DNA from: Glycera tridactyla
Taxonomy: Eukaryota
Direction of reading: 5' to 3'
DNA: 64,000 nt
Assembly (NCBI GenBank): GCA_965644265.1
Contig: OZ286468.1
Span: forward strand, 66,774,001-66,838,000
Positions 1 through 11,779 of this stretch are shown piece after piece; within the stretch, counting starts at the first letter, position 1; each line of letters starts with the position of its first letter. Under the pieces are notes generated by a model, which made no database searches, was not told the DNA's origin, and saw nothing but the letters and a program-made list of their open reading frames with translations. The position numbers were made by a program, and so were the translations under genes.

Positions 1-659
1 ATCATACGCTGAAGGTGCCGTATCTGGAAACACTACGAAATCGACACCAACTAGTAGAGATGTACAAAATGTGTCAATAAGATAGGAAATGAGCAATTGC
101 ATAACTGCGTCACATATAGATCTGACATCTCTTCAAGAATGACATGACAGGCAGCGAGACTTGACTTGGAGATACCTCGTACCAGAACATGTTTCGCAGC
201 CAGGAACGTCTTTGTGAGAGGGAGTATCCTGTGGAATACTGTCAATTCAGAGATTCGCAACGCCGCATCACTGGATAGCCTGAAAAGGCAGGCGAAACGC
301 ATCTTTTGCATGTAATATCTGTCAATTCTAGTTCTAGACTGCATGCCTACCTAGTCAAAATATGTAGTCTCTCCTCCAATACATCCATTACGACGTAAAT
401 ATGGGAATGAGATATGACACTAGCTACAATCACCAGAGTACCTAGCAATACATCATCATCTAAGGATCATCTCATCTTTCATCTTGATATCAACTACCGC
501 CATACTCCATTCATTAGATCGTTTCATAACCATACCTTTCACATCATAATTATCAACCTATGCATGTTGTTCATCGTTTTTGCCCACGCTTGCATGTAAT
601 GTGACAAATGTGTCCATGCTTATTGTGAATAAAGTATTTCAAATCAAATCAAATCAAAT
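1..659 (+). mobile_element. 3' end of an L2/CR1-group LINE (ORF2 C-terminus, 3' UTR, microsatellite tail)
   Basis: Plus-strand translation gives HTLKVPYLETLRNRHQLVEMYKM and DLEIPRTRTCFAARNVFVRGSILWNTVNSEIRNAASLDSLKRQAKRIFCM* (stop near 313), the typical ORF2 C-terminus. AATAAA at 628 is followed by a (CAAAT)4 tail at 640-659. Confidence 0.8.
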
Positions 660-1141
660 TCTTGTGAAGGATATAAAGGTTCTAGTCCTGGGTATCTACC
701 TCTTGGTGAATAGAGCCCGTGTATCTTTGCAGAAGTGACTTCAATGTGAATGATTTAGTTCGGTCAACCCTAAGAAGCAAGAGTAATCATAACAAATACA
801 TTCACCACACGGACATTTGAATTTCGCAAAATGGCTGCAAAACATAATTAATTCATAGTGACAGCAAGGAAGAAAATCTATCAGAGAAGTTGAACCTTTC
901 TTCCTGGATGGTCTCGTCAAAAGCGAGTTTACTCACCTGCAAAACCTAGAGATGAATATATCAATAAGATTGATGATAAAGTTTGGGTATGATTATACAT
1001 TACTACCTGCATTCACTCTGCTTGCAACTTTATCATCCTGCCCTAAATCGAATCAGGAGCGAGAAAATGGCCGCACAATTATCGACAGCCATCTCACAAT
1101 CAGCATCTTTCTTCGACAAGATGAACTAGGATAATGGTACA

Positions 1142-1304
1142 CAGTCGAACCTCCTTTAAAGACCATCTCTTTATGAAGACTACCTCTCTGTAAAGGCCAC
1201 CATGCGCTATGACTGTGGTAGTATCCTCAACAGAAAATGAGCGCTCTATAAAGACCGCCTCCCTTTTATGGCAGATGGCGCTCTCTACACAGAGTTTCAC
1301 TGTA
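1142..1304. mobile_element. Non-autonomous Tc1/mariner(pogo)-like MITE, degenerate
   Basis: Begins CAGTCGAACCTC and ends GAGTTTCACTGTA (imperfect terminal inverted repeats, TA on the right). Related to elements at 29527 and 38271. Confidence 0.55.
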
Positions 1305-1352
1305 TTCCAATAGTGACGCATATTGATTCATGGGTCATGCAACTGGTTGGAA

Positions 1353-1370
1353 AGAGAGAGAGAGAGAGAG
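1353..1370. repeat. (AG)9 microsatellite abutting the left edge of the tandem array
   Basis: Direct read of the sequence. Confidence 0.9.
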
Positions 1371-2348
1371 TCGTGGGATTGTATCAGAGAACCAGTGTGT
1401 CAGTAAATGTGCCACTAATGGACTGAGGAGGAGACAGAAAAGTTACTTAAACTCTTTCGAAGAAACAAGATATTCTCACTTCAGCAATGACTTCAGCAAA
1501 GACAAGACAGGCGACAAGCGACAAGACAAATAGTCACAAGGACACGCGAAAAAAACGAGAGACCCAGTCAACACGCAGATAGACCGACAGACAGACGGAC
1601 CTGGAAAGAGTGTAAGATAGAAGAAGGGAGAACACAATGGGATATAAACAAGAAAAAAATGAGGGGTCCTGACAACAAAGCAAACCATAAACAGAATGAG
1701 AAAGAGAGGTCATGAAAAAGGGCAATATGTAAGTCATTCTACCAGTCATAAAAACACACATATAGAGTTTGCAGCGAGTCATTGGCACGATTCATAAGAA
1801 AGATAATGTTAGGTATCTCCAGAAAAAGGTCAGCAGGCCAGGAGGATCAATAAGAGTATGGCAGCGAGCCCCTGGAAAATATTCATATATGCCAGCATGA
1901 ACATTTATGTTCATATATATAGCAGTAGTTTGAGGATAGATCATAGCAGGGCCTGCCGTACAGACCTGTTTTACGAGAGTTTAGTTCAAGCCTACATAAT
2001 AGAGCTATTTGCCTGCACCATAAGTCATCAAAGGGTACAGCCAGCCGCTGTAGTTACTCTCTCTTGTAGAAGTTCTGCCAACATATCTCAGTTATTCAGT
2101 CCCAGAATATCAACCATGAAGCTCAGTAATATGATGCCTCCCTAACGGAGAGTGAAACAGAAATGAAGAGTATGATCACCAGCGATGACATATAGCATGA
2201 TTGAAGTGGTGCCTCATTGGGTTCTCCTCGGTTTTGAACATGACAACCTGTGAAGTTACGGTGACTCTAGAATTCTAGACCGGAAAGCATTTCAACCAAA
2301 TTTAAGTTATGTTGAAAAGTAGGCTCAGTGTCCTGATCAGAAAGCTGC

Positions 2349-2612
2349 GGGAGCTGCGTGGTGTAGTGGTAGCGTCTTCACACTTGACCCAAATGTAGAA
2401 CAGCTGTTGCTGCAGCTAGTCGTGGGATGGGTGACCATGGCTTGGGTGTGAGGATGCAATGGTACTGGTATGGGTGAGCCATGCACTACACCAATAGTCA
2501 CAGACTATGCCAGTGGTCTGGGCCCCCTAGTATTGAGCTCAAAACACAGAAAGAGGCGTGAGCTACACACCACCATGGCTGGGTGATGGTGTGAGCGCCT
2601 ACCTGGGATCTG
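2349..2612 (+). mobile_element. Degenerate tRNA-derived SINE-like segment (also at ~8636-8899 and ~14915-15178)
   Basis: Starts with an A-box-like GTGGTGTAGTGGTAGC. No B box or cloverleaf is visible. It lies immediately upstream of the Walker B-like NLR segment. Confidence 0.35.
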
Positions 2613-2640
2613 AAAACAATGGTTCAAAGTTAGCAGTGGT

Positions 2641-5500
2641 GCTATAATAAATGTTTTAGATGGGAATGATGAGTTAAATCAAAGAAGCAGTTCTGGAACA
2701 CGAGTAAATGGGTCTTTTAAACACCCATCGTCAGGCAAATACGTCAACTCATGGACAGCGACTATGATACAGATATATATATTAGAAAGCGTTCTCTGTC
2801 AACGCGAACAATGAAGGGAGATGGAGAGTGATTTGTCGGTTTTCTTTTATCATGACCACAATTTGGGTAAGATGACAATATTCTCAATCCACTCTAGCAT
2901 ACACTATGTTCAGATAAAGACAATGTCGGGTGGCTGGCAAAGATCATGAGCCCTTCCCACCCGACGCTGTGCTATCACCAGTAGGTTATGCATTACCTCT
3001 GCAAATTCGTGCGGAAGGAGAGGAAAATTAGCTTGGTTTAGGAGTATAACCTGCTATGGCTTTGTACCAGACAAAAGACAAATGCATCTGTCTTTCAGCA
3101 GTTGATACCATAATGATGCCAGGTCTGAAATTGAGCAGGCTTTATTTAATGCTTTGAAGCGAATCTCTCCTCCACACATCAAAATTGGCCATTCAACAGA
3201 TCGGCTGTCCATTGNNNNNNNNNNNNNNNNNNNNNNNNNNNNNNNNNNNNNNNNNNNNNNNNNNNNNNNNNNNNNNNNNNNNNNNNNNNNNNNNNNNNNN
3301 NNNNNNNNNNNNNNNNNNNNNNNNNNNNNNNNNNNNNNNNNNNNNNNNNNNNNNNNNNNNNNNNNNNNNNNNNNNNNNNNNNNNNNNNNNNNNNNNNNNN
3401 NNNNNNNNNNNNNNNNNNCAGTGGGAGTATGAACACCACAGCTGAACAGACCAGATGCCAATGGTGAAATTGTGTTCTGATGAAGTGTTGGACATCAGTT
3501 GCCATATGCATCCGGAGAAGAAATTGACTCTTCCCTGTATTGTAGTGTTCATGAGAGAAAAAGCAGAATATCCTGTTCATAACACAGTATTTTCGGGTGG
3601 CTGTTCTCTATAGGTCAGCAGAGACGTCATCATCAATCTAAGGCTAATTGTCGCCTCTGGCGAGAAGACGAAATCACTGGCTAATGTTATTCACTGAATA
3701 CGATGATGAGTCTAGGGATCACTAGCACTACTGTCTTGGGGGTGATTCCGAGGAATACTACACACGTCTCTCGATTTCGCAAATATCATTCTAGCTGAAT
3801 ATACCATACCACCTCCATATATTGCAGCCATTCGTCTGTATCTTTGAAACATATTTGATACAGATGTAATAACTTGTCCGACTCATTGGAGGTACTTCAC
3901 TAAACAAGGAACTGCAAGAACAGTATCAGTGGTGGTCGTGAAATAGGCCGATATTATCTTGGAAGCTATCCTGAGATCTAATTTTCGGATGCCAAGGTTT
4001 TATGCAATATATTTTGTGCCATACGGATAGTTTTGAAGGTCATGAAGTGCTGAGAATCACGCAATTGACGTTATACTCGTGGAGAGTTGCTCGACATATT
4101 CATGAAGCATTACGAGGACAGCCTGTCTAATGCACTGTCTGCGAGTCAGTATGTCGCCAGTTACCAGAAGTGACACCTTGAGTGTCTGTGAATTTCATAA
4201 ATGTTTACCTTCTATTGGGGACCCAGAAAGAGTAGTCTTGAACGATGTCGCTGGTGATGATGTGATGTTAAACCAGAACCAGCCAACTAGAGCACATGCT
4301 CCATGGAAACTGTTAAAATAGTGGTTAAGACATTGGTGGTGAAGGTGAATAGCTGGACGGTGAGGGCGGTGAGACATATTTCCTCATCTGTATGGGCAAA
4401 CTTATTGTGGAACAGCCGAATATTTTGAGCAGGGGATGACTTAATGTGTCAGGTGGTTTATCTGATTATGAACGGAATAAAATCACTTACAGATTATTCT
4501 CACTAGTTTTTATCCAAGACATTATCAGCGCTTGTCAATAAAAATAAATACGAAACGGCTCAAAGGTTGTTTCACAAAGACACACATTTGTCAATATGTG
4601 ATTATAGACTTCAGAACCTGCACCTTAGCAATTTCATATCAATGGAGCATACAAGGCTGAAAAAGGTATACCTAGAGATAGTCCGATCAAGGATATTCCC
4701 ACATGAACTCATCCATTATGGATCTGGCGGGAAAGGACAGATAAACCCTACTCATGCTCATTGCATTGGCCTTAACATGATCACATTTGAAACAGACTGA
4801 AACAGGCGTTGATCCCAAACCATCAAATCCACCTTCTTCATACATACCTGCACAAGCATGCCCGGAATGGTACGTGCTCTGATTAGCTTCGTTATTTTTG
4901 AGTGATACTGATTGGTTCTGACATGATTGGGCATCAAGGGAGACGTCAGGGATGATTGGCTTATTGTTCCCTTCTAATGTGCCTGGCTGCAGCCGGTTGC
5001 CATCTAAAATGTGCCAGATCCAAGTGTGCTGATCACGTGTCACACACCCGAGTCATCAGTCCTGTCCCATCATACTTTTAATGATACAAAAGATTATACA
5101 GGGCCCCCTCTGGACTCGTCAACTTCGGGTTCCTAATTGGTTATGTTATTACCAAGTCATATTGGAACAGTAAGAAGGTTTAACCAATCAAGTCGTATGT
5201 GGGATATCTTCGGACTCCACTAGATAATATGAGATTGGAGAAAGCCAGTTCTCTAGATTATACCTCGCCAGCAGCCATGGACACATTGATCGAGGGATTT
5301 CACCTAGAGACAGAGTTAAGTTCTCCAGAATACAGTTCCTTGGTTCCAGGATATTCACGGCGCTGGTCTTCCTTGCACGTGAAACTAGCCTATTATAACG
5401 ATCATTCAAACTTTCACCAGCATCCAGTTGTTTCCATTTATATCTCAAGACATGTGTCGAATTCGTCGAAATATGCAGCAATATTAAAAGTGCTTATCTC
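2641..5500 (+). pseudogene. Decayed NACHT-LRR (NLR-like) gene, copy 1
   Basis: Collinear plus-strand fragments with stops and frameshifts: Walker-B-like AIINVLDGNDELN (2641-2679); IRQLMDSDYDTDIYI; helical-domain-like NILNPL*HTLC (~2877-2909); PTLCYHQ*VMHYL; PGLKLSRL; then LRR-like EVLDISC, LQNLHLSNF..RLKKVYLE (~4605-4680) and LRTPLDNMRL..SPAAMDTLIEGFHL (~5205-5305). Walker A is not clearly recognisable. Confidence 0.55.
3215..3418. other. N-run, 204 nt (masked or unresolved tandem repeat)
   Basis: Flanks CTGTCCATTG / CAGTGGGAG are identical in all three array copies while the length differs. Confidence 0.9.
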
Positions 5501-8185
5501 TCACTCTTGCAGGGGCATCTTCAACTGGTCGTTCAGGTTTTGTTTTTGAGATGTTCGTGTAGTCCCATCACAATAATGGCGCAACTCCTGTTCTATCTCT
5601 GACCCCTCACATGATGCCTGCTATGAGAATCACTTATGCACAACGTTGTTATTTTGGTCTAGTCATCTGTCGCCTGATGTGAACTACAAAGCACAAATAA
5701 GATGAATACTGCGAAATCATGGTCTCTTTGGATGAGTATTGTTATACGAGGTTTAACCGTGGAAATATTATTCTTATATGTGAGTATGAATCATCTCGAA
5801 ATAAAATCTGATGATTCAGATGCCGAATACACGTAATGGATCACACATAAATGACAAAAAATCAATACTCATACAAATTTCAGCTGTTGGAGGAATCACG
5901 CCGATCTTTCACTGACGTGGGTTTTTGATATAATAGATAACAAATAGTTGTTTGTTAGTGCTGGTCAAGTTGCTTCATTGGTTGGTTAGCCAGCAGTTAT
6001 CAAACCAGTGCATAATGCATGTTATATTATCTCGATCTCAGCTTGACGCTCTTCGACAGACAATCTTTGACAGAGATGCCTCTACCTGCATCTAACGCTT
6101 GTCAGTCAATTTCAAACAGTTACCTTGGTCATATTTCAAGTGATATGTTTCAATCATGTAAGTTTTAGCATAATCCAGCTTCCAATTACTAGGTACACCT
6201 CTCCCCATCAGTTAATCAAATTCACTTCGACTGTCAATAAGCCATCATGTACAGTCCTTCTGGACTATACTGCTGATTTTGGTCAGTACCTCACCATGTT
6301 TCTCAGACCCCGCTGCTTCGTCTTGATCCATATTTAGATGTCCCCCTGTAATTCTGAAATAATGATCCTTACAACGTCTCAAAAATGTCCAATTCCGCCT
6401 ATTTTATCAAGGAGAATCGCCTTATTTGTTTAACACGTAGTCAAATACAATTGGCCCATAGGTTTGGAGACAGACATGAATGTCATGTTCTCCATGTTTG
6501 GCCTTTGATGTACATGCTATAGACTTCGCTCGACACTCTGACGTTCATGCAAATTTAACATATCACCCCCACACATGGATCCATTATTTCATAGCAAATG
6601 CTCGTAACTGCTTCTCATATTCTCTGATGGCACAATCACTTTGTTGCACGATCACTGCTATCTAGCATTGTCATCAATTTTTCAATCATTCAGGATGACC
6701 TTCATAATTTAGGTGACGTACCCATTGGCGGCTGAGATAGCTTTTTGATGTGATTAGGCTAACAGCTTTCAACACCTGTGGTGATCTCATCGGAAGCAGA
6801 TACATTAGGACGACTTGAATTCAAATCTATTGAGCGTATCAGGTAGACATATGAACGAAATCTGTGTAGCCAACGAATCGTTCTTACTGAATAAAGAGAA
6901 TAAAGAGAGATTTTCATTGCATGCAGGATTTGGTTGTTTTGGGGAAAGTTTGTTCGATTTTTTCCAATAGTGGACGGTTTAAATCTCTTAGTGGACAGAC
7001 CACGCCAGTTAATGCACAAATCGGTCTCTTCTACACGTCATTGGAAATGCCTACCTCTGAATATTGCAACAATAACCTGTGATGTTTCCCCAATGTTTCT
7101 CGCTTCCACCAGGATATGATGCCCATCGCATCGGTGTTGCACAAGACTTTAAACTACCAAAAAAGTCAATCAATTGAATTGATAATCACCGTCTCCGGAT
7201 TTTCAGGACCTTACAGGTTACGGTCTTGACATGACCTCTGATCGTACCCTTCTGTTCTTCCTCACAAGTCTTTATCATGTCCAGTCGTAGGCTTTCAGTA
7301 TATGTAACCATTTCAGCCAGTCCGAAGTGTTCCATGCCGAAGTGTTTACCGCCATATGTGTATTTCCTATCAGTAGGCATGACCTTGTCCAGTTCACATC
7401 AGTTTTAATAGCAAATATGAATTGGCATTTTGAGTGCCTTTTAGAGGGATTGAGAGGGTGTCCATATGATTGGCGGCAAACTAGAGGAGAGCATGAATAT
7501 GCACTGTTTGTGAGGGGAAAGATCCCATATGAGTCAGGAAGGCTCGTGGGATTGTATCAGAGAACCAGTGTGTCAGTAAATGTGCCACTAATGGACTGAG
7601 GAGGAGACAGAAAAGTTACTTAAACTCTTTCAAAGAAACAAGATATTCTCACTTCAGCAATGACTTCAGCAAAGACAAGACAGGCGACAAGCGACAAGAC
7701 AAATAGTCACAAGGACACGCGAAAAAAACGAGAGACCCACAGTCAACACGCAGATAGACCGACAGACAGACGGACCTGGAAAGAGTGTAAGATAGAAGAA
7801 GGGAGAACACAATGGGATATAAACAAGAAAAAAATGAGGGGTCCTGACAACAAAGCAAACCATAAACAGAATGAGAAAGAGAGGTCATGAAAAAGGGCAA
7901 TATATAAGTCATTCTACCAGTCATAAAAACACACATATAGAGTTTGCAGCGAGTCATTGGCACGATTCATAAGAAAGATAATGTTAGGTATCTCCAGAAA
8001 AAGGTCAGCCGGCCAGGAGGATCAATAAGAGTATGACAGCGAGCCCCTGGAAAATATTCATATATGCCAGCATGAACATTTATGTTCATATATATAGCAG
8101 TAGTTTGAGGATAGATCATAGCAGGGCCTGCCGTACAGACCTGTTTTACGAGAGTTTAGTTCAAGCCTACATAATAGAGCTATTT

Positions 8186-8315
8186 GCCTGCACCATACCA
8201 TGCAGGAATGTTTCACCCTTCATCTTCGCTCCTCCTTGGCAGGTGGTCTGATTTAGCCTACTCAAGTGCAGAAAGTGGACCTAAAACCTTAACATTTCAT
8301 TTCATTTCATTTCAT
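8186..8315 (+). mobile_element. SINE-like 3' end with (CATTT)n tail (also at ~14465-14594; mostly missing in copy 1)
   Basis: Short hairpin CCTGCA..TGCAGG, then ...GTGGACCTAAAACCTTAA and (CATTT)4. A simple-repeat tail is typical of retroposed elements. Confidence 0.35.
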
Positions 8316-8927
8316 CAAAGGGTACAGCCAGCCGCTGTAGTTACTCTCTCTTGTAGAAGTTCTGCCAACATATCTCAGTTATTCAGTCCCAGAATATCAA
8401 CCATGAAGCTCAGTAATATGATGCCTCCCTAACGGAGAGTGAAACAGAAATGAAGAGTATGATCACCAGCGATGACATATAGCATGATTGAAGTGGTGCC
8501 TCATTGGGTTCTCCTCGGTTTTGAACATGACAACCTGTGAAGTTACGGTGACTCTAGAATTCTAGACCGGAAAGCATTTCAACCAAATTTAAGTTATGTT
8601 GAAAAGTAGGCCCAGTGTCCTGATCAGAAAGCTGCGGGAGCTGCGTGGTGTAGTGGTAGCGTCTTCACACTTGACCCAAATGTAGAACAGCTGTTGCTGC
8701 AGCTAGTCGTGGGATGGGTGACCATGGCTTGGGTGTGAGGATGCAATGGTACTGGTATGGGTGAGCCATGCACTACACCAATAGTCACAGACTATGCCAG
8801 TGGTCTGGGCCCCCTAGTATTGAGCTCAAAACACAGAAAGAGGCGTGAGCTACACACCACCATGGCTGGGTGATGGTGTGAGCGCCTACCTGGGATCTGA
8901 AAACAATGGTTCAAAGTTAGCAGTGGT

Positions 8928-11779
8928 GCTATAATAAATGTTTTAGATGGGAATGATGAGTTAAATCAAAGAAGCAGTTCTGGAACACGAGTAAATGGGT
9001 CTTTTAAACACCCATCGTCAGGCAAATACGTCAACTCATGGACAGCGACTATGATACAGATATATATATTAGAAAGCGTTCTCTGTCAACGCGAACAATG
9101 AAGGGAGATGGAGAGTGATTTGTCGGTTTTCTTTTATCATGACCACAATTTGGGTAAGATGACAATATTCTCAATCCACTCTAGCATACACTATGTTCAG
9201 ATAAAGACAATGTCGGGTGGCTGGCAAAGATCATGAGCCCTTCCCACCCGACGCTGTGCTATCACCAGTAGGTTATGCATTACCTCTGCAAATTCGTGCG
9301 GAAGGAGAGGAAAATTAGCTTGGTTTAGGAGTATAACCTGCTATGGCTTTGTACCAGACAAAAGACAAATGCATCTGTCTTTCAGCAGTTGATACCATAA
9401 TGATGCCAGGTCTGAAATTGAGCAGGCTTTATTTAATGCTTTGAAGCGAATCTCTCCTCCACACATCAAAATTGGCCATTCAACAGATCGGCTGTCCATT
9501 GNNNNNNNNNNNNNNNNNNNNNNNNNNNNNNNNNNNNNNNNNNNNNNNNNNNNNNNNNNNNNNNNNNNNNNNNNNNNNNNNNNNNNNNNNNNNNNNNNNN
9601 NNNNNNNNNNNNNNNNNNNNNNNNNNNNNNNNNNNNNNNNNNNNNNNNNNNNNNNNNNNNNNNNNNNNNNNNNNNNNNNNNNNNNNNNNNNNNNNNNCAG
9701 TGGGAGTATGAACACCACAGCTGAACAGACCAGATGCCAATGGTGAAATTGTGTTCTGATGAAGTGTTGGACATCAGTTGCCATATGCATCCGGAGAAGA
9801 AATTGACTCTTCCCTGTATTGTAGTGTTCATGAGAGAAAAAGCAGAATATCCTGTTCATAACACAGTATTTTCGGGTGGCTGTTCTCTATAGGTCAGCAG
9901 AGACGTCATCATCAATCTAAGGCTAATTGTCGCCTCTGGCGAGAAGACGAAATCACTGGCTAATGTTATTCACTGAATACGATGATGAGTCTAGGGATCA
10001 CTAGCACTACTGTCTTGGGGGTGATTCCGAGGAATACTACACACGTCTCTCGATTTCGCAAATATCATTCTAGCTGAATATACCATACCACCTCCATATA
10101 TTGCAGCCATTCGTCTGTATCTTTGAAACATATTTGATACAGATGTAATAACTTGTCCGACTCATTGGAGGTACTTCACTAAACAAGGAACTGCAAGAAC
10201 AGTATCAGTGGTGGTCGTGAAATAGGCCGATATTATCTTGGAAGCTATCCTGAGATCTAATTTTCGGATGCCAAGGTTTTATGCAATATATTTTGTGCCA
10301 TACGGATAGTTTTGAAGGTCATGAAGTGCTGAGAATCACGCAATTGACGTTATACTCGTGGAGAGTTGCTCGACATATTCATGAAGCATTACGAGGACAG
10401 CCTATCTAATGCACTGTCTGCGAGTCAGTATGTCGCCAGTTACCAGAAGTGACACCTTGAGTGTCTGTGAATTTCATAAATGTTTACCTTCTATTGGGGA
10501 CCCAGAAAGAGTAGTCTTGAACGATGTCGCTGGTGATGATGTGATGTTAAACCAGAACCAGCCAACTAGAGCACATGCTCCATGGAAACTGTTAAAATAG
10601 TGGTTAAGACATTGGTGGTGAAGGTGAATAGCTGGACGGTGAGGGCGGTGAGACATATTTCCTCATCTGTATGGGCAAACTTATTGTGGAACAGCCGAAT
10701 ATTTTGAGCAGGGGATGACTTAATGTGTCAGGTGGTTTATCTGATTATGAACGGAATAAAATCACTTACAGATTATTCTCACTAGTTTTTATCCAAGACA
10801 TTATCAGCGCTTGTCAATAAAAATAAATACGAAACGGCTCAAAGGTTGTTTCACAAAGACACACATTTGTCAATATGTGATTATAGACTTCAGAACCTGC
10901 ACCTTAGCAATTTCATATCAATGGAGCATACAAGGCTGAAAAAGGTATACCTAGAGATAGTCCGATCAAGGATATTCCCACATGAACTCATCCATTATGG
11001 ATCTGGCGGGAAAGGACAGATAAACCCTACTCATGCTCATTGCATTGGCCTTAACATGATCACATTTGAAACAGACTGAAACAGGCGTTGATCCCAAACC
11101 ATCAAATCCACCTTCTTCATACATACCTGCACAAGCATGCCCGGAATGGTACGTGCTCTGATTAGCTTCGTTATTTTTGAGTGATACTGATTGGTTCTGA
11201 CATGATTGGGCATCAAGGGAGACGTCAGGGATGATTGGCTTATTGTTCCCTTCTAATGTGCCTGGCTGCAGCCGGTTGCCATCTAAAATGTGCCAGATCC
11301 AAGTGTGCTGATCACGTGTCACACACCCGAGTCATCAGTCCTGTCCCATCATACTTTTAATGATACAAAAGATTATACAGGGCCCCCTCTGGACTCGTCA
11401 ACTTCGGGTTCCTAATTGGTTATGTTATTACCAAGTCATATTGGAACAGTAAGAAGGTTTAACCAATCAAGTCGTATGTGGGATATCTTCGGACTCCACT
11501 AGATAATATGAGATTGGAGAAAGCCAGTTCTCTAGATTATACCTCGCCAGCAGCCATGGACACATTGATCGAGGGATTTCACCTAGAGACAGAGTTAAGT
11601 TCTCCAGAATACAGTTCCTTGGTTCCAGGATATTCACGGCGCTGGTCTTCCTTGCACGTGAAACTAGCCTATTATAACGATCATTCAAACTTTCACCAGC
11701 ATCCAGTTGTTTCCATTTATATCTCAAGACATGTGTCGAATTCGTCGAAATATGCAGCAATATTAAAAGTGCTTATCTC
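8928..11779 (+). pseudogene. Decayed NACHT-LRR (NLR-like) gene, copy 2
   Basis: Near-identical to copy 1 with the same stops and frameshifts. Confidence 0.55.
9502..9697. other. N-run, 196 nt
   Basis: Same flanks as 3215-3418. Confidence 0.9.

Larger units (their letters stand above)
1371..7543. repeat. Array copy 1 (6173 bp)
   Basis: Lacks a net 112 bp present in copies 2 and 3 (at 2023-2024); its N-run is 204 nt. Confidence 0.95.

Noticed and set aside
2349-2420. tRNA gene
   Set aside because: Only an A-box-like motif; no B box, anticodon arm or acceptor stem pairing was found.
5188-5481. Minus-strand 97-aa ORF as the real LRR gene
   Set aside because: There is a stop just upstream in frame, and the overlapping plus-strand frame fits the orientation of the Walker B and other NLR-like motifs better.
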